Below, piece after piece: positions 39,006-53,239 of a stretch of DNA of 64,000 nucleotides. The position numbers and the translations under genes are program-made. Position 1 is the first letter of the stretch. Each line of letters starts with the position of its first letter. A model generated the notes under the pieces. That model made no database searches and was not told where the DNA came from. It saw only the letters and a program-made list of their open reading frames with translations. This stretch comes from Glaucostegus cemiculus (lineage: Eukaryota), in NCBI GenBank assembly GCA_976551045.1, contig CDPCPM010000056.1, positions 6,324,001 to 6,388,000 of the forward strand, written 5' to 3'.

Positions 39006-42000
39006 AAATCTAATAAGTAAGGAAGATGATAATGGGCACCATTAGGAGTTCCATCTCCACTCTCACTCCTGATGCAGATCTCAACTTGATGTTGACAATC
39101 CCTTCCTTCCTCATCTTCCTCCCCACCCCCCAACAAGATGCTGCTCAACCTGCTGAATTCCTCCAGTAGATTGTTGTATCAGATTCCAGCCTTTGCAGTC
39201 TTTTTGTCTTTTTTAACTTTGAATGTTCTTAAGCAAAAAAAAAGAATTTTCATCTAGATGTATGTTATCCTAACCCATATATTACTTGTTACATCCTGGG
39301 AAATTATATGCAACATACATGCCTCGTTTTAATGATCTAATGTTGGCAAGCAGAATTGCAATTTTAACCAAAAAATATAAAGTTAAATACCAGACAGGCC
39401 TCCAGATAAAAAAAAAAGTGGAGCTATTAAACTATCGAATTTAATTATAGACTTCTTAATTTATACTTTGTTTTGCAACCCTATTATGGACTAATTTTAG
39501 TCATACTAACATTGATATGATTAGTTCATTTCTATTATTTTTTATTACATTTGGTTTTGATTATTATTAGTTTCTTTCTGAGTTTCATAGCCATTCTTCT
39601 TAATGAATACATACCCTAACTCTTTAGTGTTGATCTTCTGGATATTTTGCATTTAACAAAAACAGAATGTAACAATCCGACACGTAACATAGTAAATGTG
39701 TGCGAGATTATGGACTTTTTAATGTGTTAATACATGAGTTTAATCACTTCAAAGTAGGCAGTTGATTTACATTGTAACTTGATATCACATTGAAGTGTTT
39801 TGACTAAAACAGGGCTCAAAATGGCTATAATGAAGTTCACAGACATTGCCTGTACTTGCACTAATAAACTGAACAACGCCCTTGTTACGGCTGTTTGGAT
39901 AACAGAAATTTGCTCTTTCAGAATCCACAAATCACTACTTAAAAATCTGAGAATCAGAATAAAATTTGCTTTCATGGAATTTGTGTGGGGTCAAGTAAGT
40001 GAAAACAATTTCTTTTAAACTTGTTTCTTGATGCATGAGCAGATGATGCAGCTTTGTGTTACAGAAAATTGTGATACAGATTGTTTTCTTAAAATGCGAC
40101 TCCCCCTTAATAACTCCAACCCTGCCCAACAATGGGGGTTGTCTTTTGCTCAAAAGTTAGAACATGTTGTTTGGACTCTTGTTTACAGTCCCTCTTTCTA
40201 AAGGCCATCAATTTGTGTTGACTACCTTTTGCAGTGTTATATATTTTAAATTCTTGCAGTTCAAAGTTATAGGTTTGCTTTTATGTAAAAGCTACCATGC
40301 TAAATTACAAGCCTGAAACCCAATCTCCATTCTCCTCACGTTCTTAGATTGTTGTGCACTCTGAGTTTGACCTCATCAGAGTACTCTGATTGAATTACAG
40401 CTATGTAACATGCTCTTGAATATCCAATTCCAGTGTTCATTGCATCTGGAGATGATGCCAATAGACTTCATGGCACTCAGTTCAATACTTCAGTATGGCA
40501 ATTGTAGAAGAGTATTATTGAGGATTATTGCTAGAATTGCTGATTCTAGAACTTGTGTAGCACAGAACAAAGAGAATTGAAAATTGACTTGTTCTCCAGT
40601 CTTTCAGTTCACTGCTTTGTGTAAGCAGTGATCTTTAGTTTACGTAAAATTAGGAGGTTGGAAGGGATTGGGAAGAAAATAAGCCTATTCAGATATTAAC
40701 AAATATTTTGGATATTATCAGTTTGTAATCTAGTAGACAAGTTGTTTGGCTTTTAGAAATGTCATAGCATTTTGAATGAATTTTAAAGCACAGTAAGTGC
40801 TCCTACTTGTGGTGAGTTTATTTCCCATAATCATATGGTGTCATTTTACTTCAACTGGCAGGACTCTGCAAGGTTTCAAGCAACAGTTCAGAAGTTTAAT
40901 GCATAGTGATTGCTGGTGGTCTGTGAAGATCTTCGGAAGATTTGTTAAACTGAAGTCCAGTTTGTGCTTTATTTTAAAAAAAAGGATTCGACTTGCATAT
41001 TAAACCTATTAATGACATTGTGCTAAGAACAGAGTGTTCTTCGCTACATGAAGGTGTACATTTTTCAAGGAAGAGTTGCAATTGCAGTTATTGCATTGAT
41101 GGTTTTGTAAAATCTGCAACTTGGTCACTAACCCTTCTTCCTAAGATTGAGAATCTTAGTTACTGCAGTTCTTAAAAGCTAATTGAGTTATGTTCACCAA
41201 ACTGAAAACATATTAATAGCAACATTGTTCTCAGATCATGACTGTTGTGCATAAATGGAATTTAAAGAATCACTTGTTAGAAAATGTTGTTTCTGGGCTT
41301 GTATCTAATTTAAAAACTTTTTTTTTAAATTACACATTAGCAGAATGTATTATGGTGTCAACATACTGTGCCAGAGATTTCACTGCAAGGAAATGGATAT
41401 AGAAGCCAGGTGCTTCTCCACATGCAAACTGGGAGAATCGGGTCAATACGCTGCAGGCAGATGCTAAAGTGGGGGCGGAGAAAAGGCATGGTGATATCTG
41501 TGAGGAATGGTAATTGAGAAGTCACATTTAAGGAGGGAATTGTGAAATATTTGGACATTAATATGGGTCATTTGATTAAATATTTTCTGGGATTTTTTTT
41601 AGATTCTTGAGGCCCTACCTATATTGTGGGATAACCATAAAAAAATTCTCTTCAGTTGGGGAAAAGGCAGGCACAATTGTAAAAAAATAATATTGACTAT
41701 CAGTTTAATCTTCTTATACCTTCTTAAAAAGTTTCTATACCTTGTCCTCCTTCAGCCTTCATTGAGGACTGGGAATAGAGTGGCATAGCGCTTAGAATTA
41801 TAGAATAGTTGCAACATATGAGAGCAAACCCGATTATCTTATTCTCCTACTCTATCCCCATAGCTGCAAGTTCTTCACTTTCAGACATTTACCCAGCTCC
41901 CCTTTATTCTATGTCCTCTGTTCCCACTGACAGGGGTCAAGATCCAGTTTTTCTTTATCTACTCTGCCTCTATCCTTCATGACTTTAAATATATTTTTCA

Positions 42001-44174
42001 GATCACTTGTGTTCCAAGGAGAAGAATCCCAGCTTCTCCAGAGTTTCTAGATAACAAAAGTCATCATCCCTGGAATTCTTTCATGAATCCCTTCTAGAAC
42101 ATTCTCTGAAGCCTTTATCTTTCTTAAAATGTGGCATTCAGAATTGGACCCATATTCCTATTGTTGACTGTCTTTTTAAAACTCCTTGCTCCTCTGTTCT
42201 GTGCTTTTATTTATAAAGCCTAGGGTCTTCTATACTTTTCAAAACAATTTCTCAACCTCCCGTGTCACTTCAGTTATTTGAGTGTAAACATCTACATCTG
42301 TTCCTCAAGTATATTACTGCCTTCTCATTGTTTACTTCATCTCCAAGTACTATGGTAGCACAGCAGTTAAATTACCAGGTTAGTAATATAGAGGACCAGA
42401 TTAACAATCCAGATACCCAAATTCAATCCCAAATGTGAAATTAAATTCAATTAATGATCTGGATTTTAAAAAAATAATAGCTAGTTTTAGTAAGAATGGC
42501 CATAAAACTATTTGTCATAAAAGCCAATCTGATTCACTGATATCCTTCAGGTCAGTATGTTCCTGGGTTGTCCATGAGGTTGAATTTTAAATGGTCCCTT
42601 AAATACACTAGCAAACTACTCAATTCAAGGGCAGTTATGGATGGGCAGTAAATGCTGGCATGCCAGTGCCAACCAGATGCTGAAAAATTAATTTTCTGTG
42701 GAGGTGGGGGGGGGGGGGGAATAAAGCTTCCTTTCAACACTGATTTGATGGGAAGTGGCTGCTTTGCACTCTTTTGCAAGTGGGCTTGGGAGGCACATCT
42801 GGATCTGGTTCAGGGAGCAGTTTCTATCAACTTGACAACTGCTCCACAATGGCGGGATGGGTTCAATCACTGAAGCTTCTAGGCCAGTGCATTTTCTCCT
42901 CTTGGTGGTCACTGACCTCAAATCTGGCACACGTGCCCTAATTACTTATACTTGTGCAGCTGTTTCTATGCTCACTATTTGGCTGGGTGTCCAGAATAGA
43001 TCAAAGTCTTTGTGAGCATTATGGCACTTGGCACAGATACCCCAGGCCAATTCTTTACCATAGAGGCCTGATATTATAGAATTTGTCAAGTTTTCCAGAA
43101 TTGCATTTTCAACACAGGTAGTTATTTCCATTTGTCAATGTCGGCAGTGGAAAGGATGCAAGAGAATTTGAATGATTTTGGGGGAAAATATTATAAAATA
43201 ACTTCTTGTGGTTAAAAAGCAATAATTTGCATTAATATTGAATCTTGCTCTGAGAAGTTGCCATGTTGATGTGGAAAACACAATACCTTATGCTGATAAA
43301 GTTGGAAGGTGCTTTGCTCTGTAGCTATGTGGCACCTGATCTTAGAATACAGTATATGCTGTGTACTGGTGCTACCTTAGTTTGTAACTTAATTCATTTA
43401 TTATGACTAATGGGATGAATTTGCCTTTCACTCTTGAGTGATAGCTCCACTTACAGGTTTAAATAGGGCTTAGTTCAACGTCACCCCACTGCCAAATCTT
43501 TTGTGTATATTTCAAGGATTTTTCTATAGTGAACTTGTGATTGAGATTCTTAAATTGAAGCTCAAAGTGAATACTTGCTGCATTCATGCTAGGCATCTAC
43601 CCCACCTCACTTTCCTTGCAGACAAGTTACAAGAATTAGGTATGGAAGCAGCAGGAGACAATTCAATAAGTTTGTCACTCTCCTGTACAAAACCGATATT
43701 TTTTGATATTCAAAAAAATGGTCATCCACATTTTTGTTGCTCCCTGCAGCTTACCAAGCAACTGCCTTCTGATCATGATAAACACTTCATTTTGCCAAAT
43801 TTCACACCACCACAATCATCCATAAAAATTTCTTTAAAATTCTTCACTGTTGTATTTTCTGTTTCCCTCCAATGTCTTCTCAGAACCTATCATTTGTTAA
43901 TATTTGAGGCACTCTCCTCCTGATGCCTTGTATTATTTTTATGGTGTTGCAATACTAATATAAATGCAGCTTTGTTGTGAGGTACATCAAACATGGAATT
44001 CTGCCTCTTAATATTGCACTGTTGGACCAGAATATTTTCTTATAGCTGCTTGCAGAGTCTTTTGCAAACTACTTGTGTGTTTTGAATTTATATTTGGTGA
44101 ACTGTATCATTTGACTAAATAACATTACTTTTAGTTCAAAGAGTGTCATTGCATTCCTTTAGGGAGTTTAGGAA

Positions 44175-44880
44175 CTAGAACTTAGAACAGTGCAGCACAG
44201 GAACAGACCTTCCAGCCCGTGAATACTGATGCAACCTTGATGCCAATTTAAACTGTACACCTGCCTGTATATGGTCTATATCTGTCAATTCCTTGCCTGT
44301 TTATGTGCCTGTCTAAATGCCTCTTAAACATAGCTATAGTATCTGCTTCCACCATCACCTCTAGAAGCATGTTCCAGATACTCACTCTCTCTCTCTCTCT
44401 CTCTCGCTCTCGCGCTCTCTCACTTCCCCCCCCCCCCCCCACCTTTAGGCTATGCCCTCTTGGCTTCACATTTCCATCCTGGAAAAAAAGACTCTGAAAA
44501 GTTACCGGACTCTGATTAGTTACCCTCACCTACAGGCATTCTCCTCTCTTGCTTCTCTCAATATCCTGGGATAGATCCCATCAGGCCCAGGGGATCTATT
44601 CATCTTAGTGTTCTTCAAGAGCCTCAACACCACCACCACCTTGGTATTAATATGCCCCAGAATATTGGCATACCCCTGGTTGATCTTGCTATCCTCCATG
44701 TCCTTTCCCTTGATGAATACTGATGCAAAGTTCTAATTTAGTGCCTTGCCCACTTCCTCTAGCTCCAGGCGTAAATTCACTCCTGTGTCCTTGAGTGGTC
44801 CTGCCCTTTTGCTTTTAATGTATATGTAAAATGCCTTGGGATTCTCTTTAATCCCACTCACCGAGGACATTTCATGTTAG
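44175..44880 (-). mobile_element. CR1 fragments with an embedded (CT)n/poly-C microsatellite
   Basis: IWNMLLEVMVEADTIAMFKRHLDRHI; (CT)n at ~44385-44420. Confidence 0.75.
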
Positions 44881-45994
44881 GTGCAGAATATTAAGTGTAG
44901 CAAGTTTCCAACTGCAGCAAGGCTTTTGTGTTTCACTGTGAAGAAAATCACCAAAGTTTGAGTGGTTGAGTGGTTCTTAAAAGTTGAAATGAACAGTCAT
45001 TTCTTCCAAAGAGTTGTTCTGTAATCGATGTTGCTGTTTCTAGTATTAAAATTATAATATCTTTATTGTATGTTTAAATAACACGTGCCAAAATGATTGT
45101 TAATTGCCATCTGTGTTAAATGGTCATTATACTAAGAAGGACAAATATTCTTAAAAAGCTAATTGGACACATGAAATATTTGAAGTAATAATTTAACTTT
45201 ATACAGAGCTTGTGAATGCTGTATTACTTTGATTGTATGCAGTGTTATCATTTTATTGGTATTCTTGTTGGAATCATTAAACTGGCCCTTCAGTGTATGA
45301 CTTAACAATTATAAATGTAATTTACTTGCATTTCCAGTCTCAATTTGTTGGAACAAAGAATGAGAAATGTATTTTCCTTAGTTTTCCATTTACTTATTCA
45401 CCACCTAAATAAAAATTACTTAGAAATTTATCATTTGAAATCTGTAAAACAGTTTGATTATGTGACATTGGCTGGACTGGGGAGTGATGTGGCAGGGAAT
45501 GGAGTGTGAGGTGAGGAGAAGGGATTCACAATGTACTGAATCCATGGTTCTCAAGGGGATTCCTTGGTTAAGCTTCATTTGTATTCCTGAAACCGAGTTC
45601 TAACAATTTTGCCCATGTTATGTGGCTCAAAATTATAATTGTGCAGTAGTTTCTGCCTTTTCAACATAGTAGATATAACTTGGAAAATTTTAGCAAAATA
45701 ATGCAGCACAGCAACACAATTATGTATCATCTTTCGCTCAGTTTTTATAAACAAGATTTGTGTGTGTGTGTGTATTTATATATGTATGCATGCAGATAGT
45801 CGCTTATGGTTTAGGTTTTTTGTCCCATCTGATCTTTGCTTCCTCACCACCCTAGTTTCAGCTCTTGATTATGATGTGCACTTTTTGTCTGCTGATATAT
45901 TTTGACTTGAAAGAAAACTGACATATCACAATTGAAGACAGAAAATGAATATATTAAAGCAGTTGCAAAAAATACTGCAGGATATTTTTATAAA

Positions 45995-47237
45995 CAACCA
46001 ACTCTTTGAGTTCTTTGAGGAGGTGACGAGGAAGCTTGATGAGGGCAGGGCGGTGGATGTAGTGTATATGGATTTTAGTAAGGTGTTCGATAAGGTTCCT
46101 CATGGCAGGCTTCTTCAGAAGATCAGAGGTCGAGATATCCAGGGGAGGTTGGCTGTGTGGATAAGAAATTGGCTTTCATGTAGAAGGCAGAGGGTTATGG
46201 TGGAGGGAGTGCCCTCGGATTGGAGGGCTGTGACTAGTGGAGTCCCGCAGGGATCAGTTCTGGGGCCTCTACTCTTTGTTATATTCATAGATGATTTGGA
46301 TGAAGGAGTGGAGGGATGGGTTGGTAAGTTTGCAGATGACACCAAGATCGGTGGTGTGGTAGATAGTGTGGAGGACTGTAGGAGCTTACAGGGGGATATT
46401 GATAGGATGCAGAACTGGGCTGACAGGTGGCAGATGGAGTTTAATCCGGAGAAGTGTGAGATGGTGCACTTTGGGAGGACAAACTCCAGGACAGAGTACA
46501 AGGTAAATGGCGCAAGGTTCTTGGCAGTGTAGAGGAGCAGAGGGATCGGGGGGTTCATATCCACAGTTCACTCAAAGTTGCCTCGTAGGTGGATAGGGCT
46601 GTTAAGAAGGCTTATGGGATGTTGGCTTTTATAAATAAAGGGATTGAGTTCAAGAGCAGAGAGGTGATGATGCTGTTTTACAAAACTCTAGTTAGGCCGC
46701 ACTTGGAATATTGTGTTCAGTTCTGGTCGCCGCATTATAGGAAGGATGTGGAGGCGTTGGAGAGGGTGCAGAGGCGATTTACCAGGATGATGCCTGGATT
46801 GGAGGGTATGGAATATAAAGAGAGGCTTAAGGTGCTAGGGCTCTACTCATTAGAGAGGAGGAGGATGAGAGGGGACTTGATAGAGGTGTTTAAGATATTG
46901 AGAGGAATAGATAGAGTTAATAGTCAGCGCCTCTTTCCCAGAGCGCAGATGCTCAAGACGAGAGGGCATGCCTTTAAGATAATTGGTGGAAAGTATAGGG
47001 GAGATGTCAGAGGGAAGTTTTTCACCCAGACAGTGGTTGGTGCATGGAATGCACTGCCTGGGGTGGTAGTGGAGGCAGATACGTTGGACAGGTTTAAGAG
47101 ATTGTTAGATAAGCACATGGAAGAATGTGGAATAGTAGGATATGAGGGTGGAAAGAGTTAGTTTGGGAGATGTTTGTAGGATGGCACAGCTTGATGGGCC
47201 GAAGGGCCTGTTCTGTGCTGTATTGTTCTATGTTCTA
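45995..47237 (+). mobile_element. Relatively young 5'-truncated CR1 LINE (RT and 3' end)
   Basis: DVVYMDFSKVFDKVPH, SGVPQGSVLGPLLF, KFADDTKIGG and LVRPHLEYCVQFWSP; a frameshift near 46515 and a stop at 46586; (TGTTCTA)n tail. Confidence 0.93.
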
Positions 47238-49957
47238 AGATTGTTTTTATTTCAGAGCTAGAATCTGCACATTGTAAGCGCAACCTCAAGTCTTGTGGAA
47301 ATGCAACAGATGACAAACTACTTTTAAATTCATTTAGAAGATAAATTGAATTGTGGTTGATATTTGAGCATTTGTGTTTGAAGAATTTTTTAATGGTAAT
47401 ATGCTAGTCATTATGGCAGATGTCCAGTAGCAGCCTCCCTCCCCTGAATTGGTTGTTTAGTTGATACTGTTTCCTTGTGACCTAAATGCCTGTTAGGATG
47501 TGAAAAACTCTATTTCATAAATGAGTGAACTATAGCCATGATGAGCCTGCTTTGTTCTTACCTACTGTGCACTTGATAATTGATTATACTGAACCAAAAG
47601 TTTATGTAGACATTTTTTGTGAATTCACACAATTAACAGAAACTGCATTAATGTTTATTTTATGTGTGGGAAGCTTGTAAGATTTTCAAACATCAGTTAT
47701 TTTCTCACATGTAGTTTTGCTGTTGGCTGTTTTCAGTTTTCATTTCTCGCTTTCTTGTTGTCCATTTTAGCAGTATTAATGCAAAGTGCTTATTGATCCT
47801 ATTCAGAGTTTGAAAGCTCTTTGATCACTGGTGGCAGAGACACTACTGTTCATTTATTCCCTGCACAACCAGGGATTAATTACTTAGCCTGGCAGATAAA
47901 GGATAAATTGAAATTGATGTTAAAATATTGAGATGAAACGTGAACATCCCTAATATAAGTGAGAATAAAGAAAGGCAAAGAGAAACGTCAAGGAGATGAA
48001 AAACATTGTCAAAGCTTTAATAAATGGGGGTTTGGAGAAGAAATGCATTTGAATGGCAGAACAAGTTAAAGAGAAATGAGACACATAATCTGCATTTTCC
48101 TTTGTTTTATTTTCTTAAAACTTAAATGAAAAAGCAAAAACTTGTGTAGATGCCAAAAGAACATGCTATTTAAAATGATTGTGTTAGTTGAATTGGAATT
48201 CTCTAGAAGTCTTGAAATTCTTGGTAATTCAGGAAAACTGGAGATGCATTCAAATTTACGGCTACTAACCTAAGAAAAAGCAAATCTGAAATTGTAAATA
48301 TAAGATTAAAAATTACATCTGATCAATTGAAGACTCATACTTCAGTTCAATTAAAATGTGTAGTTTATACTTCCATGTCTAAAACTTAATTGCAAGAATC
48401 TTGTTTATGTATGGGACATTGGTACTATTTTTTCCTTTCCTGGGAGATGTTTATAAAAACACATCTGATATCCTAAATTTGTTTCTTGTACACATCAACA
48501 ATGGTTTGTTTAACAGTACACAGATTAATAGCTCAATGTACAATGAGTATCACAGTTCTTGAATTGCTAAATATTTTGTACGTTAACTGAAAGTGTCCGA
48601 GGGCTTAATGGACTCCTTTGGTGTTCGGACTGTGACTTTCTTCATTTAATAAGGAAAATTAGTGACAATGAACAGCAGGCTTCTACCATATTAGGGTAAA
48701 ATAATGCACTGGTCTTGTCAAAGGTCAAGTAGAGTTTTTAAACTAGTATTTTCTGGTAAAATGTGTAATTTTTCAAGCAAGTCTACTCTCTTTCGCTAAC
48801 TTAAATATAGGCGCATTTAGTTAGGTAAGAATTCAGGACCTTTTAAGTTGGACCACATGATCTTACTATACATCAAAGGAGCACCAATTTATTTTGCTCT
48901 TCTGATAAAGAGCAGAACATCATTGATGTAGGAAATCTTTCAACCTTGTGTACCTACATGATTCTAAGCGAGTAAAATCAAAAGTTCACAACAAATATTG
49001 CTTCAGGAAAAAGTAAGGACTTGGATTGTGCTCTTGGGGGGGGGGGTGGGGAAAGAAGGTAATACAGGTCTTTTGGGCCTTTTATCTCCCATTAAATTCT
49101 TTTGTTTTTAATGTTTATCAGTATAGATCTTTCCCTGTTGTCAATCTTAAGGTTCATACTTAAAATGCCTTGGGTTAGAGTTGACTGGTAAATTTGTTGA
49201 ATAAAATTGTGGAGCTTAAAGGATTGTGGTTCTAGTCTACTTGATTAGAAATAGACCTTTACTGCCTGGATCTTAAGGTGTTTAAGACTGTCATGATAGC
49301 AGACTCTGCTATACTTCTCAATCATAGTTTGTCGATGTGGTATATTCACCTCTTATCACCTGTGATGAGGCAGTTGCCCTTTTTGTTTTTCCATAGCTTC
49401 TATGCTCTTCTGACTTCCTGCTTTATGAATCATTTGTAAAGCCTCATAAAAGAATTTTGGTGAGGTCAGATTTTTGAAATTCTCTTAAGGCAGCCTAGTA
49501 ATTTAGAACATGACTACCTAAAACAGCTTTTATGTCAACTGTAACAAAAAAAATGGATGGAGGAACTTGACAGGTTGAGCAGTATTTGTGAGGGGAAAGG
49601 AGTTGTTGACATTTTGGGTCTCGGCCCTCGGAGTTCCTCCAGCAGCTTGTTTTTTCTCCTCCTGATTCCAGCATCTGTAGCTTCATGTCTATGCACACTC
49701 ATTTCTTTATTTCATTATTTGAAAGTTGCATAATCTAGTGAGTTCTTTGCAGCTGTTATTTTTATTAGTTCACTAATCTACCTTTTATATTTTTCATTTA
49801 AATTCCTTACTAGTTCCAGTGGAATAACCATTCAGCAGGTTCCTTTAGGCATGTATAAACCACTTGACCACATTTTATATTCTGCACTCCCATCCAAAGT
49901 GTGATATTGAAAGCTACTCCATGGTATCGTATTCATTGGTTAGTAAAGAGTATTGTG

Positions 49958-49995
49958 TGGTATCTAGCTCAGTTACACTGGTATCTAGCTCAGTT
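49958..49995. repeat. 21-bp-period tandem duplication
   Basis: TGGTATCTAGCTCAGTT x2 separated by ACAC. Confidence 0.85.
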
Positions 49996-50269
49996 TTGTC
50001 AATCAAGATAAACATTCTGCAATTAGATTTATTTTCCAAAATTTCAGAACTGGAATTGTTTCTGCATTCTCCTTGTGAAAACAAAGGTGCAGATTTTGAA
50101 AATGAATGACTTAATAGTCTATTGAAATTCAATTTTAATTAGTTTAGGGCTGATATCTGCATTAGTTGTCATATGTTGATATTTGTGTACACATTTCACT
50201 TGTAATGTGTAGTCACAGGGAGTGAAAACAGCTTAGAAACTTTCTGACAGAGCAGCAGCAAAATAAGAT

Positions 50270-50541
50270 AAGATTTCTTTATTGATCATAGAAACACAGT
50301 GAAATGCATCTTTGCATAGAATGTTCTGGGGGCGGCCCACAAGTGTCACCACACTTCTGGCACCAACATAGCATGCCCACAACTTCCTAACCCATATGCC
50401 TTCGGAATGTGGAAGGAAAGCAGAGCACCAGGAGGAAACCCATGCAGTCACGGGGAGAACGTACAAACTCCTTACAGACAGTGGCTGGAATTGAATCCAG
50501 GTCGCTGGTGCTGTAATAATGTTACACTAACTTCTACACTC
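50270..50541 (-). mobile_element. V-SINE copy
   Basis: Reverse complement of 51413-51700. Confidence 0.85.
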
Positions 50542-51412
50542 CTAAATTAATGAAAAAGTTTCCATGAATGAGTAGTAGGAGTACTCTTTTTACTTACAGT
50601 ATCTTGATTTTTAAAATACATTTGATGAAATTATACTAAACATTGTCTTTTCACTCGTGACCTGCTCAGGTTGATAACTGGTAAGATGTATTATTAACTA
50701 TGAAACACTTGTATCTTGCTTAATTATACAAATAGGGTTGAGACTGAAAAGAGCTAAATTGAAAGATAATGAAATAAGCACACCAGTTTCACAGCTGTGT
50801 AGACAGGTTCCTTTATTCTTTAAGAGGATGTGGCATAAGTAGTGAACTCTGCATTTATTATCAATAATTAATTTAGAAGGTGATAACCCATTACCTTAAT
50901 CAACTGTGGTCCTTGTGGCCATGGTTCACTCATAAAGCTGCAAGATAATTTCAGGATTTTAACCCAGTGACAGAATTATGAATGATATGTTGTTCCTTGG
51001 AGATGGCACTGGAGTATTCTTGCACCTGCTTCTCTTGACCTTTGAGACAGTAGAAGTTGCAGCTTTGGATTCCCTTGTTGAAGGACTGGCGAGCTGCTAC
51101 AGTGCATCTTGTGGATGCTATGCTGTGCAGCAGGCTGTGCTAATGATGCAGAGAATGTATGTTTGTGATGGTTGGGCACAGGTGGTGCCTACTGTTTTAG
51201 AGATTTGTCCGGCTTTTGAGTGTCATTGACATTTATGGGCAACCCCTGCATTATAGCAGTTCTGTTAACAGACTCGCCCCCATGGAATTCATAAATCACT
51301 ACCAAAAAAAATCTGAGTTATGCAATAAAAATTTGCACACTCAGAATTTGCAGGGGGAGAAAAAGCGACTTTTTTTTCCCCTCAACTCTCATTTCTTGAG
51401 ACATGCTCAGAT

Positions 51413-51700
51413 GCATGGTCGTGTAGCGGTTAATGTGACGCTATTACAGTGCCAGCAACCCAGGTTCAATTCTGGCCGCTGTCTGTAAGGAGTTTGTACG
51501 ATCTCCCCATGTCTGCGTGGGTTTCTTCTGTGTGCTCCGATTTCCTCCCACATTCCAAAGACGTATGGGTTAGGAAGTTGTGGGCATGCTCTGTTGGCGC
51601 TGGAAGCGTGTCGACACTCGCGGGCTGCCCCCCAAATCACTATTGCAAAAAGATGCATTTCACTGTGTTTTAATGTACATGTGACTAATAAAGATGTCTT
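51413..51700 (+). mobile_element. tRNA-derived V-SINE (HE1-like)
   Basis: A/B-box head (GTAGCGGTTAATG...GGTTCAATTC) and V-domain GGAGTTTGTACG.TCTCCCC.TGTCTGCGTGGGTTTC...TTTCCTCCCACATTCCAAAGAC. Confidence 0.85.
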
Positions 51701-53239
51701 ATAATGTGTTATGGAAAATTATGATATGGACAGTTTTCTAGGAACACAACCCCCCACCCCCCAACAACATGGGAATTGCCTGTAGAAAAATTAAAAGGTT
51801 CTGGGGAAGTTGGATGAGTCGCTTGCTATGTAACTTTCTGTTGGAGACGACCATTACCCAAAGTGTGAATGTTAGTTGCTTATTAGTGTAACTGTTACCT
51901 CCCAAGGCTTGTTCAGGTTGTGCTGCAATAGGTTATGTGCCACTTCATTGTGTGCTGACTGGCTAATGGAATTGAAGTACTGCAATCATGACTACTGCCC
52001 TAATGATAGAATAGCTGAAGATAATCAGGCCTAAAATACTCCTAAATTTAAGGTTACTGATCTCCACCAACTGGGATCATCTTCCTTTATTCTAAATATA
52101 TGATACCAGTCAGTGGAGAGTCTACCCTTGGTTTCTGTTGGCTTGGTTTCTAGATTTTGCCAGAGCTCCTTGATGCCGCACTCATATGTTACCTTGTCCA
52201 CAGTAGAGATCTCTCTTGCATTGCCTGCAATTCAGCTCTTTTGGGCAAGGGTAGATCAAGGCTGGAATACTACACAAAACCTAGTCCCAGCAGAAATCAA
52301 ACTGAGCAGGTGCTACTTTAATAACATTGTCAGTGATACTTAACTGCTGAATAAAAGATTGATTGGCTAGCTTGGATATATCCTGCTCTTTGTGGGCAGG
52401 GCATAAATGGGTGATTTGAAAGATGGCATTATTTTATCTATTTTGGAACATATTGTCTGGAAGTGCACTTTGTTCTGGAGCCACAAGCTTTCTCTACAGC
52501 TCAGCTGTTGTCAGCTTCAGTAGACTTTGCTATGTCTTGAACACTCGGCTGTTTCTTGGGAGCAAATGATGTGACTGAATATCAACATCTGTGATGGTTG
52601 GAATGCCAGTTCCAGTGCTAGTTCCCTGACACTACGTGCTAGAAATGGGCTTCAGAATTCAGCATGTGGATAATCATGGAGCTGCCATCCATTTGATAGT
52701 TGTTTATTTCTCATCACAATGCACAATTGGATTTGCCAAGATTTTGGTCTGCAGACTGGTGTGGGTTCTCTTGGCCTGCCATTCTTTAGAATCCTGTAGC
52801 TTTACCATACTGGTGACCTGTTTTTGAATATACCTTGTGCTGCTTCTGGCAAACTTAGCCACACTGAGCTGAGGTTAATGCATTGACTTAATGATGTGAA
52901 GACAAATATGTTGAGCCAGGAGAATAATAGTGGATTATAATTTTTACAGTAGTGCAAAAAATCAATTTACTAAGAACTTGATTCATTGATTGATTCACTG
53001 AGATCTTTCAGGGAATGATTGTTCTTTATATGTGACACCAGGGTCAAAAATGTGGTTAACTTTCAACTGTACCCCAAAATAGCCCAGCAAGCCACTGAAT
53101 GCAGGGGCAGTTTGGGATAGGCATTAAGAATAAATTAAAGCTTTGCTTGTGCTCTCCAAATCTGTGATTAGTGATTGTCCATCTTGCAAAATTACGCATT
53201 GTTTTATTTTTGTATACCAAGGTTCATTTTGGTTCAGAA

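Noticed and set aside
45945-47161. Active reverse transcriptase gene
   Set aside because: 5'-truncated CR1 with a frameshift and an in-frame stop; no endonuclease or ORF1.
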